From assembly GCA_043812955.1 (NCBI GenBank), contig JBDRLN010000066.1:64885-128884 (forward strand): a DNA stretch of 64,000 bases, read 5' to 3'. Under the pieces are notes generated by a model, which saw only the letters and a list, made by a program, of their open reading frames with translations, had not been told where the DNA came from and did not search any database. The position numbers and the translations under genes are program-made. This stretch comes from Candidatus Omnitrophota bacterium (lineage in GTDB: Bacteria; Omnitrophota; Gorgyraeia; Gygaellales; Profunditerraquicolaceae). This document shows positions 47,385 to 55,975 of the stretch, piece after piece; the stretch's first letter is position 1, and each line of letters starts with the position of its first letter.

Positions 47385-47993
47385 CTAGAATCTAAACCCA
47401 TTGAATCCCATAAAACTCAAGCTCATAATCGAAGCAATAATAAAGGCAATGGGGAATTCTTTTAAAGCCTTAGGCACATAGCAATAGTCAAGCCTTTCTC
47501 TTATGCCGGACATCAGTAACATTGCCAGTGCATAACCTAAGCCTACCGAGATACCCTGAAAAACAGAATAGGCAAAGCTTCCCGGCACAGCAATATTTTT
47601 TAGAAAGAACATTTCTGAGTTTAAAACTGCCACTCCCATGACAGCGCAATTACAGGTTATCAAGGGTAGGTATATTCCGAAAGCCCTGTAAATTGCTGGG
47701 TTGGCCCTTTTAATCACGATTTCCACTAACTGAACAAAAGCGGCAATCACCAGGATAAATGATACAGTGCGTAAATAGGTTATGTCAAAAGGGATGAGTA
47801 AGTATCTATAAATAACCCAGGTTATAGCTGAAGACATTGTTGTAACAAACATAACTGCCAGGCTCATGGCCAATGCCGGTTTGGTTTCTTTGGAGATGGC
47901 GATAAAAGGGCATAATCCTAGAAAGCGCGAGAGGATTACATTGTAAATAAAAACGCTTGAAATAAATATGTTAAGGAATTGAGAGGGGTTCAT
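47385..47993 (-). CDS. rnfA: Rnf complex subunit A
   Basis: RnfA/NqrE-type six-TM protein. Confidence 0.85.
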   Translation of the reverse strand: MNPSQFLNIFISSVFIYNVILSRFLGLCPFIAISKETKPALAMSLAVMFVTTMSSAITWVIYRYLLIPFDITYLRTVSFILVIAAFVQLVEIVIKRANPAIYRAFGIYLPLITCNCAVMGVAVLNSEMFFLKNIAVPGSFAYSVFQGISVGLGYALAMLLMSGIRERLDYCYVPKALKEFPIAFIIASIMSLSFMGFNGFRF

Positions 47994-48069
47994 CCCGCAC
48001 CTTCCTTTTTATTTATAATTCTAAAACCATTTGTTTTAAAGTCATTTAATCTTTTGGAAGGTGCGGGAT
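47994..48069. repeat. 76-nt intergenic element IE1 (TCCCGCACCTTCC-N50-GGAAGGTGCGGGA) between rnfE and rnfA
   Basis: ~80% identical to the element at 50138-50213. The terminal 13-nt arms are perfect inverted repeats. Confidence 0.7.
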
Positions 48070-48663
48070 TCATGCTTTCCTGTTCTTTAAAAGGTTAAAA
48101 AAACCCAGTAATAAACCAATCACTAATAATGCGCCCGAAGGCATAGCTATTAATGATATTGGTTCAAAGCCCTTGATCAGGCTATAGCCCATAATCTGGC
48201 CGGCGCCTAATAATTCCCGTATAGCTGAAATTAGAATCAAGGCCAAGGTAAAACCAATACCCATGCCTAAGCCGTCCAGCAGGCAATTTAATAATCTATT
48301 TTTACTGGCAAAGGCTTCAGCCCGGCCCAGGACAATGCAATTTACCACGATCAGGGGGACATAAATCCCCAATGCCCGGTTAAGCGCCGGGCTATAAGCT
48401 TTCATTAACAATTCGGTAATGGTAACAAAGGTAGCGATCACTACTACGAAACAAGGGATACGTATTTTATTTGGGATAAAGTTTTTGATTAAAGAGATGA
48501 TTATGTTTGAGCCCAAAAGGACAAAAGTCGAAGCAATGCCCATGCCTATCCCGTTAATTACCGATACTGACACTGCCAGGGTCGGGCATAGCCCCAGGGC
48601 CAGGACAAAGGTCGGGTTCTCCTTAATAATTCCTTTTATAAATTCCCTATAAGAATTATTCAT
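48070..48663 (-). CDS. rnfE: Rnf complex subunit E
   Basis: RnfE/NqrD-type membrane protein. Confidence 0.85.
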   Translation of the reverse strand: MNNSYREFIKGIIKENPTFVLALGLCPTLAVSVSVINGIGMGIASTFVLLGSNIIISLIKNFIPNKIRIPCFVVVIATFVTITELLMKAYSPALNRALGIYVPLIVVNCIVLGRAEAFASKNRLLNCLLDGLGMGIGFTLALILISAIRELLGAGQIMGYSLIKGFEPISLIAMPSGALLVIGLLLGFFNLLKNRKA

Positions 48664-49623
48664 TTATTTAGTTCCATAAATCCTGCTCTTAGTATATCTA
48701 TCAATAATCGGCGCTGCCGCGTTCATTATCAATATGGAATAGCATACGCCTTCGGCAGAACCGCCCCATAACCGGATAATTATAGTGAACAGCCCGCAGC
48801 CGATGCCGAAAAATATTTGTCCTTTGCGGGTCAATGGAGAAGTAACATAATCTGTAGCCATAAAAAAAGCGCCCAGAATAAGCCCGCCGGATAAAATATG
48901 GAATAACCAGTCTCCGCTAAAATAACCTTTTGGCCCGAATACATAAGCCAATAAACCCACGGTTATTATATAAGGAATAGGGATGTGCCAGGATATATAA
49001 CCTTTAAGTAAAAGAAATATCGCGCCTAAAATAAGGGCTAGTATAAATATCTCGCCGATACAACCTGCTTTATTTCCCAGGAACAAATCTAGGTAGGATA
49101 GGTTATTTAGGGTTCCGCCTTCTTTTATTAAGGTCAGGGGGGTTGCCTGGGTTATGGCATCATAATTAAACCCAGCCCCTGCGTGCAGGGGCTGGGTAAA
49201 AGCTGTCATGTATTTTGGCCAGGAGGCAACCAAAAAAGCCCTTCCGACTAATGCTGGATTGAATATATTCTGGCCTAAACCTCCAAAAACAAACTTGCCT
49301 ATTGCGATAGCGAAAAAGGAACCGGCAATCGGTAGCCAAAAAGGGGTGTTGGGAGGCAGGTTATAACTTAAAAGTAACCCGGTTAAAAAAGCGCTTCCGT
49401 CAAAAATAGCAATTTTTCTTTTGAAGAGTTTTTGTAAGAATAATTCACTGAGTAAGGCAGAGGTTATTCCCAGGATAATCGTCCAAAGCGCGCTGAGACC
49501 GAAAATATATATTCCGAAAAGACCTGTCGGGATCAAGCTGATAATTACCAGCCACATTATTTTGTTAGTGGATTCCCGGGTGTGGATGTGGGGCGAAGAA
49601 GATACAATTAGCTTATTTGGCAT
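48664..49623 (-). CDS. rnfD: Rnf complex subunit D
   Basis: NqrB/RnfD-type polytopic membrane protein. Confidence 0.8.
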   Translation of the reverse strand: MPNKLIVSSSPHIHTRESTNKIMWLVIISLIPTGLFGIYIFGLSALWTIILGITSALLSELFLQKLFKRKIAIFDGSAFLTGLLLSYNLPPNTPFWLPIAGSFFAIAIGKFVFGGLGQNIFNPALVGRAFLVASWPKYMTAFTQPLHAGAGFNYDAITQATPLTLIKEGGTLNNLSYLDLFLGNKAGCIGEIFILALILGAIFLLLKGYISWHIPIPYIITVGLLAYVFGPKGYFSGDWLFHILSGGLILGAFFMATDYVTSPLTRKGQIFFGIGCGLFTIIIRLWGGSAEGVCYSILIMNAAAPIIDRYTKSRIYGTK

Positions 49624-50137
49624 TTTTTAATAACTCCGTAATTTCAGAAGCCTTATTTTTAACAGAATCAATAACTGCCTTGGAAGATATAGTTGCTCCG
49701 GTAATAGCCTGGATATCGCTCATCTCAGACACGGACCTATCAATAAACCGTCCTGTAAAATTTGGCTCGTTTATTTGACTGCCTAATCCGGGAGTCTCGC
49801 TATGGTTTAAGATCTTGATTGCGGTAATTTTGTTTTTGGTGTTCATGCCTACGAGGGTAGTAATAGTTCCGGAATAACCCTGGATTACGGCTTTAAAGGC
49901 GATACCGACAAGTTTTATGTTTTTATCTACGGCTTTGTAATAAACTGTTTCATTATTTAATTTCATTGGTTCAAAAGAGATGCCTTCAGGCAGGACTTCT
50001 TTTAAGCTGCTTTCCTCTTTCAAAGTTTCCTGGGCCATGATTTTTGAGATGGTAAAAAAATTTACTAAAGCTAATAATCCGGCAGCCAAAAAGCAGATCA
50101 GGCTTAAGGTAAGGCTACAACGCAAAGATTCTTTCAC
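49613..50137 (-). CDS. rnfG: Rnf complex subunit G (FMN-binding)
   Basis: N-terminal TM helix and FMN_bind motif (ITGATISS). GTG start next to IE2. Confidence 0.8.
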   Translation of the reverse strand: MKESLRCSLTLSLICFLAAGLLALVNFFTISKIMAQETLKEESSLKEVLPEGISFEPMKLNNETVYYKAVDKNIKLVGIAFKAVIQGYSGTITTLVGMNTKNKITAIKILNHSETPGLGSQINEPNFTGRFIDRSVSEMSDIQAITGATISSKAVIDSVKNKASEITELLKNAK

Positions 50138-50213
50138 CCCGCACCTTCTTTCTTATTCATAATACTAAAACTATTTGTCTTAAAATGATTTAATATTTTA
50201 GATGGTGCGGGGT
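50138..50213. repeat. 76-nt intergenic element IE2 between rnfC and rnfG, a copy of IE1
   Basis: CCCCGCACCTTC...GATGGTGCGGGG. Same length and internal sequence as IE1. Confidence 0.7.
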
Positions 50214-51503
50214 TCATAGTAATTCCTTTTTTGCTCTTTTTATGGATTGAACCAAGTTACGATTTGCCGGGCAGACGAAACTACATATCCCGCATTCAAT
50301 ACAGTCTAATGCGCCGTTTAATTTAGTTTGTTCCCAGAGTTGTTTTTCCGAAGCCAGGTTTATCAAGCAGGGCATTAAGCCCATCGGGCATTCCCGGATA
50401 CAGGCTCCGCAGCGGATACAGAAATCCTCTTCGTACGGCTTAGCCTCTTTTTCATTAAGCAGGATGACCCCGGAGGTAGTTTTAATAGCCGGGACTGTAT
50501 CGGTATATTGGGTAATACCCATCATCGGTCCTCCGATTATTATTTTTGCCGGTTTTTCTTTTACCGGAACGCAGAAATCAATCAGGTTTTTTATAGGAGT
50601 ACCGATCCTGGTGAGAATATTCTTGGGGCTGGTAAGGCAACTGCCAGTTACAGTAATAACCCTTTCATATAAAGGTTTCTTTAGATAAACTGCTTCATAA
50701 ATCGCGAATACCGTAGCAATATTTTGAATTATTACCCCTAAATCAAAAGGGAGTTTATTTCGGGGTATTTCCTTACCTAATATATTTTTTATAAGTTGTT
50801 TTTCGCTGCCTTGCGGGTAAGCGCTTTTTAATACTTTTACTGTGAACTGTGAACTGTGAGCTGTGAACTTATCAATGGCTTCAGGTTTATTATCCTCAAT
50901 AGCGATATACATATTTTTCACCCCTAGGCATTTAGCGGTTAATTCTATGCCTAGGAGTATTTCTTGGGTTTTCTCAATCATCAGACTATAGTCGGCGCTA
51001 AGATATGGTTCGCATTCCGCGGCATTAATAATTAGGGTTTCTATCTGCTTTGGAGGATTAAGTTTGATATGGGTGGGAAATCCTGCTCCACCCATGCCTA
51101 CGATACCGGCCTCGAATATAATATCCCGGATTTGTTGGGGAGTTAGCTGATCCAGCAAGGAAGGCGCCCGGTGTCCGGTGTCCTGGTGTCCTGGTGCCTT
51201 GGTGTCGGATAAATCCTTAAAATTATTTTCAATGACTATTGCCTGTGAGCGGCCAAGGGTTGGATGCGGCCAATTCTTTATATCAATAACCGTTCCCGAA
51301 ACAGAAGAATGGATAGGCGCGTATACCTGCGCTTGAACATCAGCGATTTTTTGTCCTAGGGTTACCTCTTCACCAATTTTTACTAAAGGCAGACAGGGTT
51401 TACCGATGTGCTGACTCAAAGGTATATAAACTTTAGATGGCGAAGGCGCTGGTTGGGTAGTGATGTTTTTTGTCCTATCTTTATTTTCGGTTAATCTAAC
51501 CAT
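50214..51503 (-). CDS. rnfC: Rnf complex subunit C
   Basis: NADH-binding region and two ferredoxin motifs (CIRCGACIRECP; CIECGICSFVCP). Carries two internal tandem-repeat insertions. Confidence 0.85.
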   Translation of the reverse strand: MVRLTENKDRTKNITTQPAPSPSKVYIPLSQHIGKPCLPLVKIGEEVTLGQKIADVQAQVYAPIHSSVSGTVIDIKNWPHPTLGRSQAIVIENNFKDLSDTKAPGHQDTGHRAPSLLDQLTPQQIRDIIFEAGIVGMGGAGFPTHIKLNPPKQIETLIINAAECEPYLSADYSLMIEKTQEILLGIELTAKCLGVKNMYIAIEDNKPEAIDKFTAHSSQFTVKVLKSAYPQGSEKQLIKNILGKEIPRNKLPFDLGVIIQNIATVFAIYEAVYLKKPLYERVITVTGSCLTSPKNILTRIGTPIKNLIDFCVPVKEKPAKIIIGGPMMGITQYTDTVPAIKTTSGVILLNEKEAKPYEEDFCIRCGACIRECPMGLMPCLINLASEKQLWEQTKLNGALDCIECGICSFVCPANRNLVQSIKRAKKELL

Positions 51504-52747
51504 GAGAGCTTGTGATTGATAATAAAATTAATTAATCCTAGAACGCTGATTATGCTGCCTACGGCAGTAAGTATGAATAATGGGGGTATTTTATCAGCGA
51601 GTATGCTGCTGATGAACATAAAAATCAGGAAACCCAGGTGCATTACTATTTCCATCGAGCTGAAGATCTTGCCCATCATATGATTAACGCTAGCCCTATG
51701 AATAATAGTGTTTGAGGCTATCATGATAGGGGCTGTCGTCAGGCCCAGAGTCAACGAGAGGATGATTGCCAGCGAAAAGTGCGGGTAATGATTTATTCCT
51801 GAGGCAAAGACAATCAGCATTATTCCGGTTAAGGTAAGCGAGGTGAATATTGTCTTGTATTGGGATAGCTTTTGGCCAAAACGGCCATAGGCCAAAGACC
51901 CCAAGAGCAGGCCTAAGCCTAAGAACATAGCCAGCAACCCTAAGTCTTTAGTCGCTGAATGCAGGCTTTTCTGGACAAAGACTATTATTACCACATATAC
52001 TGCGCCTAATGCTGACCAAAGAGTGAATATTATCCCGGTAGTGAACCTAATGTTTTTATTTCTGATAAAATACAACGTCCCTTCTTTTATCTCGGCAAAT
52101 ACCGATTTCTTGATCACATCAACGATCTCTTTGCCTACTTCTTTAAGGCTAATCTGGGAGCTCGCTCTTTTAGCGATCGAGAATATCAATAATCCTGAGA
52201 CCAGGAAACTTAATGAGTCTAAATAAAATCCGCTTTTAGCTCCTACCCATTCCACTATTACGCCGCTGATACCAAATCCTAAAATAGCCGCGATCATCCC
52301 GGTGATATTGACCAGTGAATTAGCTATAAGTAAGTCTTTTTTTTCCACCAGGTCGGGGATTATGGAAAGTTTTGCCAGGACAAAAAATCTGCCGATTGAA
52401 AAAACCAAGAATATAATCAGGTAGATTACCCAGGTCAGGCTTTTACTGTAGAATAAAAATAAAGGGATAGTCAAGACTAGGGCTGCCCGTAATAAATCGC
52501 ACGTATACATAACCTTGCGTCTGTTCCACCGGTCAACGTATACGCCAGCTATAGGGCCAATGATAAAAACCGGGATTATGGTAAAAGAGAGTATTTTAGC
52601 GATTTCGATCGCTGAACCAGGAGTTCGGGAATAAACAAAAGCGATTAAAGCCATCTGGTCCAGCCGGTCGCCCAGCTGGGATATGATCTGGCCTATCCAG
52701 AGGAGAAAGAAATTCCTGTTTTTTAATATTTTTCTGAATTGGGACAT
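51491..52747 (-). CDS. MFS transporter (12 TM helices)
   Basis: Hydropathy. Loop GDRLDQ and D-RWNRR motifs between TM2 and TM3. Confidence 0.75.
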   Translation of the reverse strand: MSQFRKILKNRNFFLLWIGQIISQLGDRLDQMALIAFVYSRTPGSAIEIAKILSFTIIPVFIIGPIAGVYVDRWNRRKVMYTCDLLRAALVLTIPLFLFYSKSLTWVIYLIIFLVFSIGRFFVLAKLSIIPDLVEKKDLLIANSLVNITGMIAAILGFGISGVIVEWVGAKSGFYLDSLSFLVSGLLIFSIAKRASSQISLKEVGKEIVDVIKKSVFAEIKEGTLYFIRNKNIRFTTGIIFTLWSALGAVYVVIIVFVQKSLHSATKDLGLLAMFLGLGLLLGSLAYGRFGQKLSQYKTIFTSLTLTGIMLIVFASGINHYPHFSLAIILSLTLGLTTAPIMIASNTIIHRASVNHMMGKIFSSMEIVMHLGFLIFMFISSILADKIPPLFILTAVGSIISVLGLINFIINHKLSWLD

Positions 52748-52750
52748 TTG

Positions 52751-52956
52751 AATATTTTTCTGGAACCGATGAGTGGAATTTCCCGCTGATTAGCCGTAAT
52801 TGTCAAGCGGGATCCCGACCGAGCAATATAAATGTCGGGAGAACCACTGGTTATTTAAAGCCGGCGGGGGGAGTTTCCCGCCCTCAGTTCTCAAAAAGTA
52901 GGCGGGATCCCGACTATGCAATAGTGAGTCTCGGGAGAACCCTCCTAATATTTTTC
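52751..52956. repeat. 30-bp direct repeat of the tRNA-Thr 3' end (52751-52780, 29/30 identical to 52947-52976) followed by two tandem ~95-bp units of the GCGGGATCCCGAC repeat family
   Basis: aatatttttctggaaccgatgagtggaatt against aatatttttctggagccgatgagtggaatt. The units match those at 41182-41380. Confidence 0.8.
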
Positions 52957-53032
52957 TGGAGCCGATGAGTGGAATTGAACCACCGACCTTGACTTTACGA
53001 AAGTCCTGCTCTACCAACTGAGCTACATCGGC
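52957..53032 (-). tRNA. tRNA-Thr (anticodon CGU; CCA encoded)
   Basis: 7-bp acceptor stem GCCGATG/CATCGGC. D, anticodon (UUCGUAA loop) and T arms fold. Confidence 0.8.
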
Positions 53033-53261
53033 AAAATTTTTTGACTTGCGAATCCTATACCGTTATAATACTTGTTCTCAAGGCTTAGCAGGTGAGCTAC
53101 GCCGGCAACCTGAATTACTGCATTAATTTTAATTATAACAATTTTTACCCAATAGTCAATCTAAGAAGGAGGTAATATAGGGCAGATAATTATATTGCGC
53201 TTATGCTTAATACTATATATAATACACCTATAAATAATTCTAAAAAGACCGGAGGAAAAAT

Positions 53262-53870
53262 ATGGCTAAAAAATTTCTAATTTTATTATCTTTTATATTT
53301 CTTTCTATCCCGTTTGCTTTTGCCGACGAATCCATAACCCTGGCTACCTATTATCCTTCACCTTATGGAAGCTATTATAATTTCTCATCTTCTAATAATG
53401 TTACCTTGGCTAATGTTGTCGGAAGCAGGGTCGGCATCGGAACGTTGGCTCCGGGTGAAAAACTTGAAGTTAATGGGGCGATTAAATTTACCGTGGACGC
53501 CAGCGTTATTTCTAAAGCGCCTCGAGTGATTTATACGCCGGATAATAGGGCAGGATGCCCTCCGGCCGCAGCCGCCAATACTGATCTATACGGGCAAACT
53601 TTTACACTAGCCCGTAGCGCAACTGTAGTTGTCGCAGTAGATACGATAACAACTTATACCACACGTACAGATACAGCTCTTTATGTTGATGGTGTATCAA
53701 GGCGAAGCACACTAACAGATACAACAAGTGCTTCGTGGAAGCCAGTTCATATAATTTGGGGTGGAACGTTAGCGGCTGGTGCACATACTGTGTCGATTCG
53801 ATCTTCGATTGCAAATACCGTTGGTTGTGGCACGACTTGGGGAGGAATTACAACGACAATCTATGAATAG
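53262..53870 (+). CDS. Secreted Thr/Gly-rich protein with a tail-fibre-like VGIGTxxPxEKLxVNG motif (hypothetical)
   Basis: Signal peptide. The motif RVGIGTLAPGEKLEVNGAIKF is common in fibre and adhesin-like proteins. A TTGACT-N17-TATAAT promoter lies at about 53040. Confidence 0.55.
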   Translation: MAKKFLILLSFIFLSIPFAFADESITLATYYPSPYGSYYNFSSSNNVTLANVVGSRVGIGTLAPGEKLEVNGAIKFTVDASVISKAPRVIYTPDNRAGCPPAAAANTDLYGQTFTLARSATVVVAVDTITTYTTRTDTALYVDGVSRRSTLTDTTSASWKPVHIIWGGTLAAGAHTVSIRSSIANTVGCGTTWGGITTTIYE

Positions 53871-54031
53871 GTAAAAAGAAAATAAAATTAGAGTACATTT
53901 TTATTTTCTTAGATTTACCCTCCCTTACGTCAATTGATAGTAAAGAGGAGGGTTTTTTTTGATAAATTGTCGTTGAAGAACGGCGTATTTAGTAGTAAAA
54001 TACAAAAAATGAACGAATTTATTTGGAACGT

Positions 54032-55975
54032 ATGCCGATAAATAAAGAAGAGCTCTTAGCCGAATTCCTTAAAAGTTTCAAGATAGCTATTAATGGTGCG
54101 CTGCTTTATACTAAATCCCACCCTTTTTTCATGCGCTATATTGAAGATCTGAAACTAAAAATCGATCCGCTTTTTGGTTTTTTAAACCCCTTAAGAATCG
54201 TTGTAACCCCCAATTCGCTGATAATAAGTGATAAAAGTTTTTCCAAAACCAGCTGGTATGACGAACTGATAAAAATCCTCCACCGCCGGAAAATAAAAAG
54301 CATTGAATTTAAAAAAGGTATAACTATCCAAGAATTGGCAATTCTTTTAGACCGAATATCTCTTCCCCCGCAGGAGATCTTAAAACGAGGAGGAGTAGAT
54401 AAGATCTTCAGCGCCGAGGAGAACGCGCATTTTGCAATTGAGGAGCTGGATTACTCCTCATTATTAACCGATAAAGAAGGCCAGGGGTATAATGAGGCCT
54501 GGTTTGGCCTGGTAGAAAGTTCAATAAACCGAAATGATATCAGGAAGATCAATGAATTTGCTGACAACTTTCAGATCATCATGGCTAAACTCAATGTTAA
54601 GGACCTGGTAAATGACCAAAGGCTGCAGAAGAGCATGCACGACTTTTTGAATTACCTAAAAACTTATCAAAAGGAGAAGTTTAATAAATGCTGCCAGATA
54701 ATGCTGGAAACAACCCTAAAATACAGCGGGGATCTTAATCAGACGCAGCTTACCAGCCTTCAGAGTTTTTTTATGGAGTTAGACGATAAATACCTGGCTG
54801 ATGTTCTTTGGAACAAGTTATCCATTGATGATGATTTCGGGCCGGTCGGCCTGAGGTTATTTTCCCAGCTTACCAATCAGGATAAGCATAAGACAATAAT
54901 CTCCAATATCTTTAATAAGACCAGAGATGTTGCGTCGGCCGGTGGGGCATCTAAGATAAAGGATAAGATAGAAAAATTGTTTTCCTCTTCGGATAATATC
55001 AAGATCCCGGAGATCTATCAGAATATGCTTTCTGCCCTGCGGGAAAATAGCGCCTCTGAAGATAAGATCGGCTTTGATCGGGATCAGGTTGAGTTTAATT
55101 ACCGCCGGATCATTTTAAACCTTATAATGGAGGAAAAGAATAATGACGCGCTTCTGATGTTTTTAAATAAGGTGATGGAAGTCTGGGATGTGATCGTTGC
55201 CAGACAGGATTTTGAGTATCTTAAGAATTTAACGGAAGTCTCAAGGCGCAAGGTCCAAGAAGATCCATCCTGCAAGCGCGTTTTTAAAGAATTAGATAGC
55301 CAGATCGTAAGTTTTGTGGAAAAAGCGGTATTTGAACAGCCGTTTAATCAGGGTATCAAGCCGTTGATCCAGGGCATCGAAAAAAGTTCGTCCGGCTATG
55401 AATTTTATCTGGACAAAATATTTAAAGAGAGAAAATTTAACCAGTTTGCCTTAAGCCTGTTTTTCAGGTTTTTCCCCGGGGACCTGGAAAAATTCTGTAA
55501 TAAATTAGAGCAGAGTAAATCCGACATAGATTTATTGGTCAATCTGATAGAGGATTTAAAACAGGTTAATTCCTCGGTATCCCTAGATGTGTTGAAATAT
55601 TTATATTTTTCCTGCAACGAATACATAAAAATAGAGGCGCTGCGGGCAATGCAGGAATGCTCAAATTATAATAAAGAGTTCCTTTTATCAATTATTGCCA
55701 AGGAAAACGCTGCCTTAAAGAAAGTGGCCCTGCAGGTTATAATGCGGGATAAAGAACTGGTGAAAGAGGCGTTAAGTGAGCTTCTGGATATCCCCAGCCC
55801 TTTTGGCAAAAACAACGGCGTTCTTATAGAGAATATTTCAGTGGTTGAAGATATTGAATTAAAAGAGGCAGGTGTTTTCCTCGCTAGCTTCTCCAAAAAA
55901 AGGTTTTTTTGGAATAGGGCTTTAAGGATAAAAGCGAAAGAAGTCCTGCAAAAGTGGAATGTTGGAAAAAATTGA
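54032..55975 (+). CDS. Large cytoplasmic protein with a DUF3391-like N-terminal domain (paralog of the N-terminus of the next gene)
   Basis: N-terminus ...ALLYTKSHPFFMRYIEDL parallels ...VIKLYTAAHPRFRKFLDK of the downstream gene. No catalytic motif recognised. The start could be the TTG at 54023. Confidence 0.55.
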   Translation: MPINKEELLAEFLKSFKIAINGALLYTKSHPFFMRYIEDLKLKIDPLFGFLNPLRIVVTPNSLIISDKSFSKTSWYDELIKILHRRKIKSIEFKKGITIQELAILLDRISLPPQEILKRGGVDKIFSAEENAHFAIEELDYSSLLTDKEGQGYNEAWFGLVESSINRNDIRKINEFADNFQIIMAKLNVKDLVNDQRLQKSMHDFLNYLKTYQKEKFNKCCQIMLETTLKYSGDLNQTQLTSLQSFFMELDDKYLADVLWNKLSIDDDFGPVGLRLFSQLTNQDKHKTIISNIFNKTRDVASAGGASKIKDKIEKLFSSSDNIKIPEIYQNMLSALRENSASEDKIGFDRDQVEFNYRRIILNLIMEEKNNDALLMFLNKVMEVWDVIVARQDFEYLKNLTEVSRRKVQEDPSCKRVFKELDSQIVSFVEKAVFEQPFNQGIKPLIQGIEKSSSGYEFYLDKIFKERKFNQFALSLFFRFFPGDLEKFCNKLEQSKSDIDLLVNLIEDLKQVNSSVSLDVLKYLYFSCNEYIKIEALRAMQECSNYNKEFLLSIIAKENAALKKVALQVIMRDKELVKEALSELLDIPSPFGKNNGVLIENISVVEDIELKEAGVFLASFSKKRFFWNRALRIKAKEVLQKWNVGKN

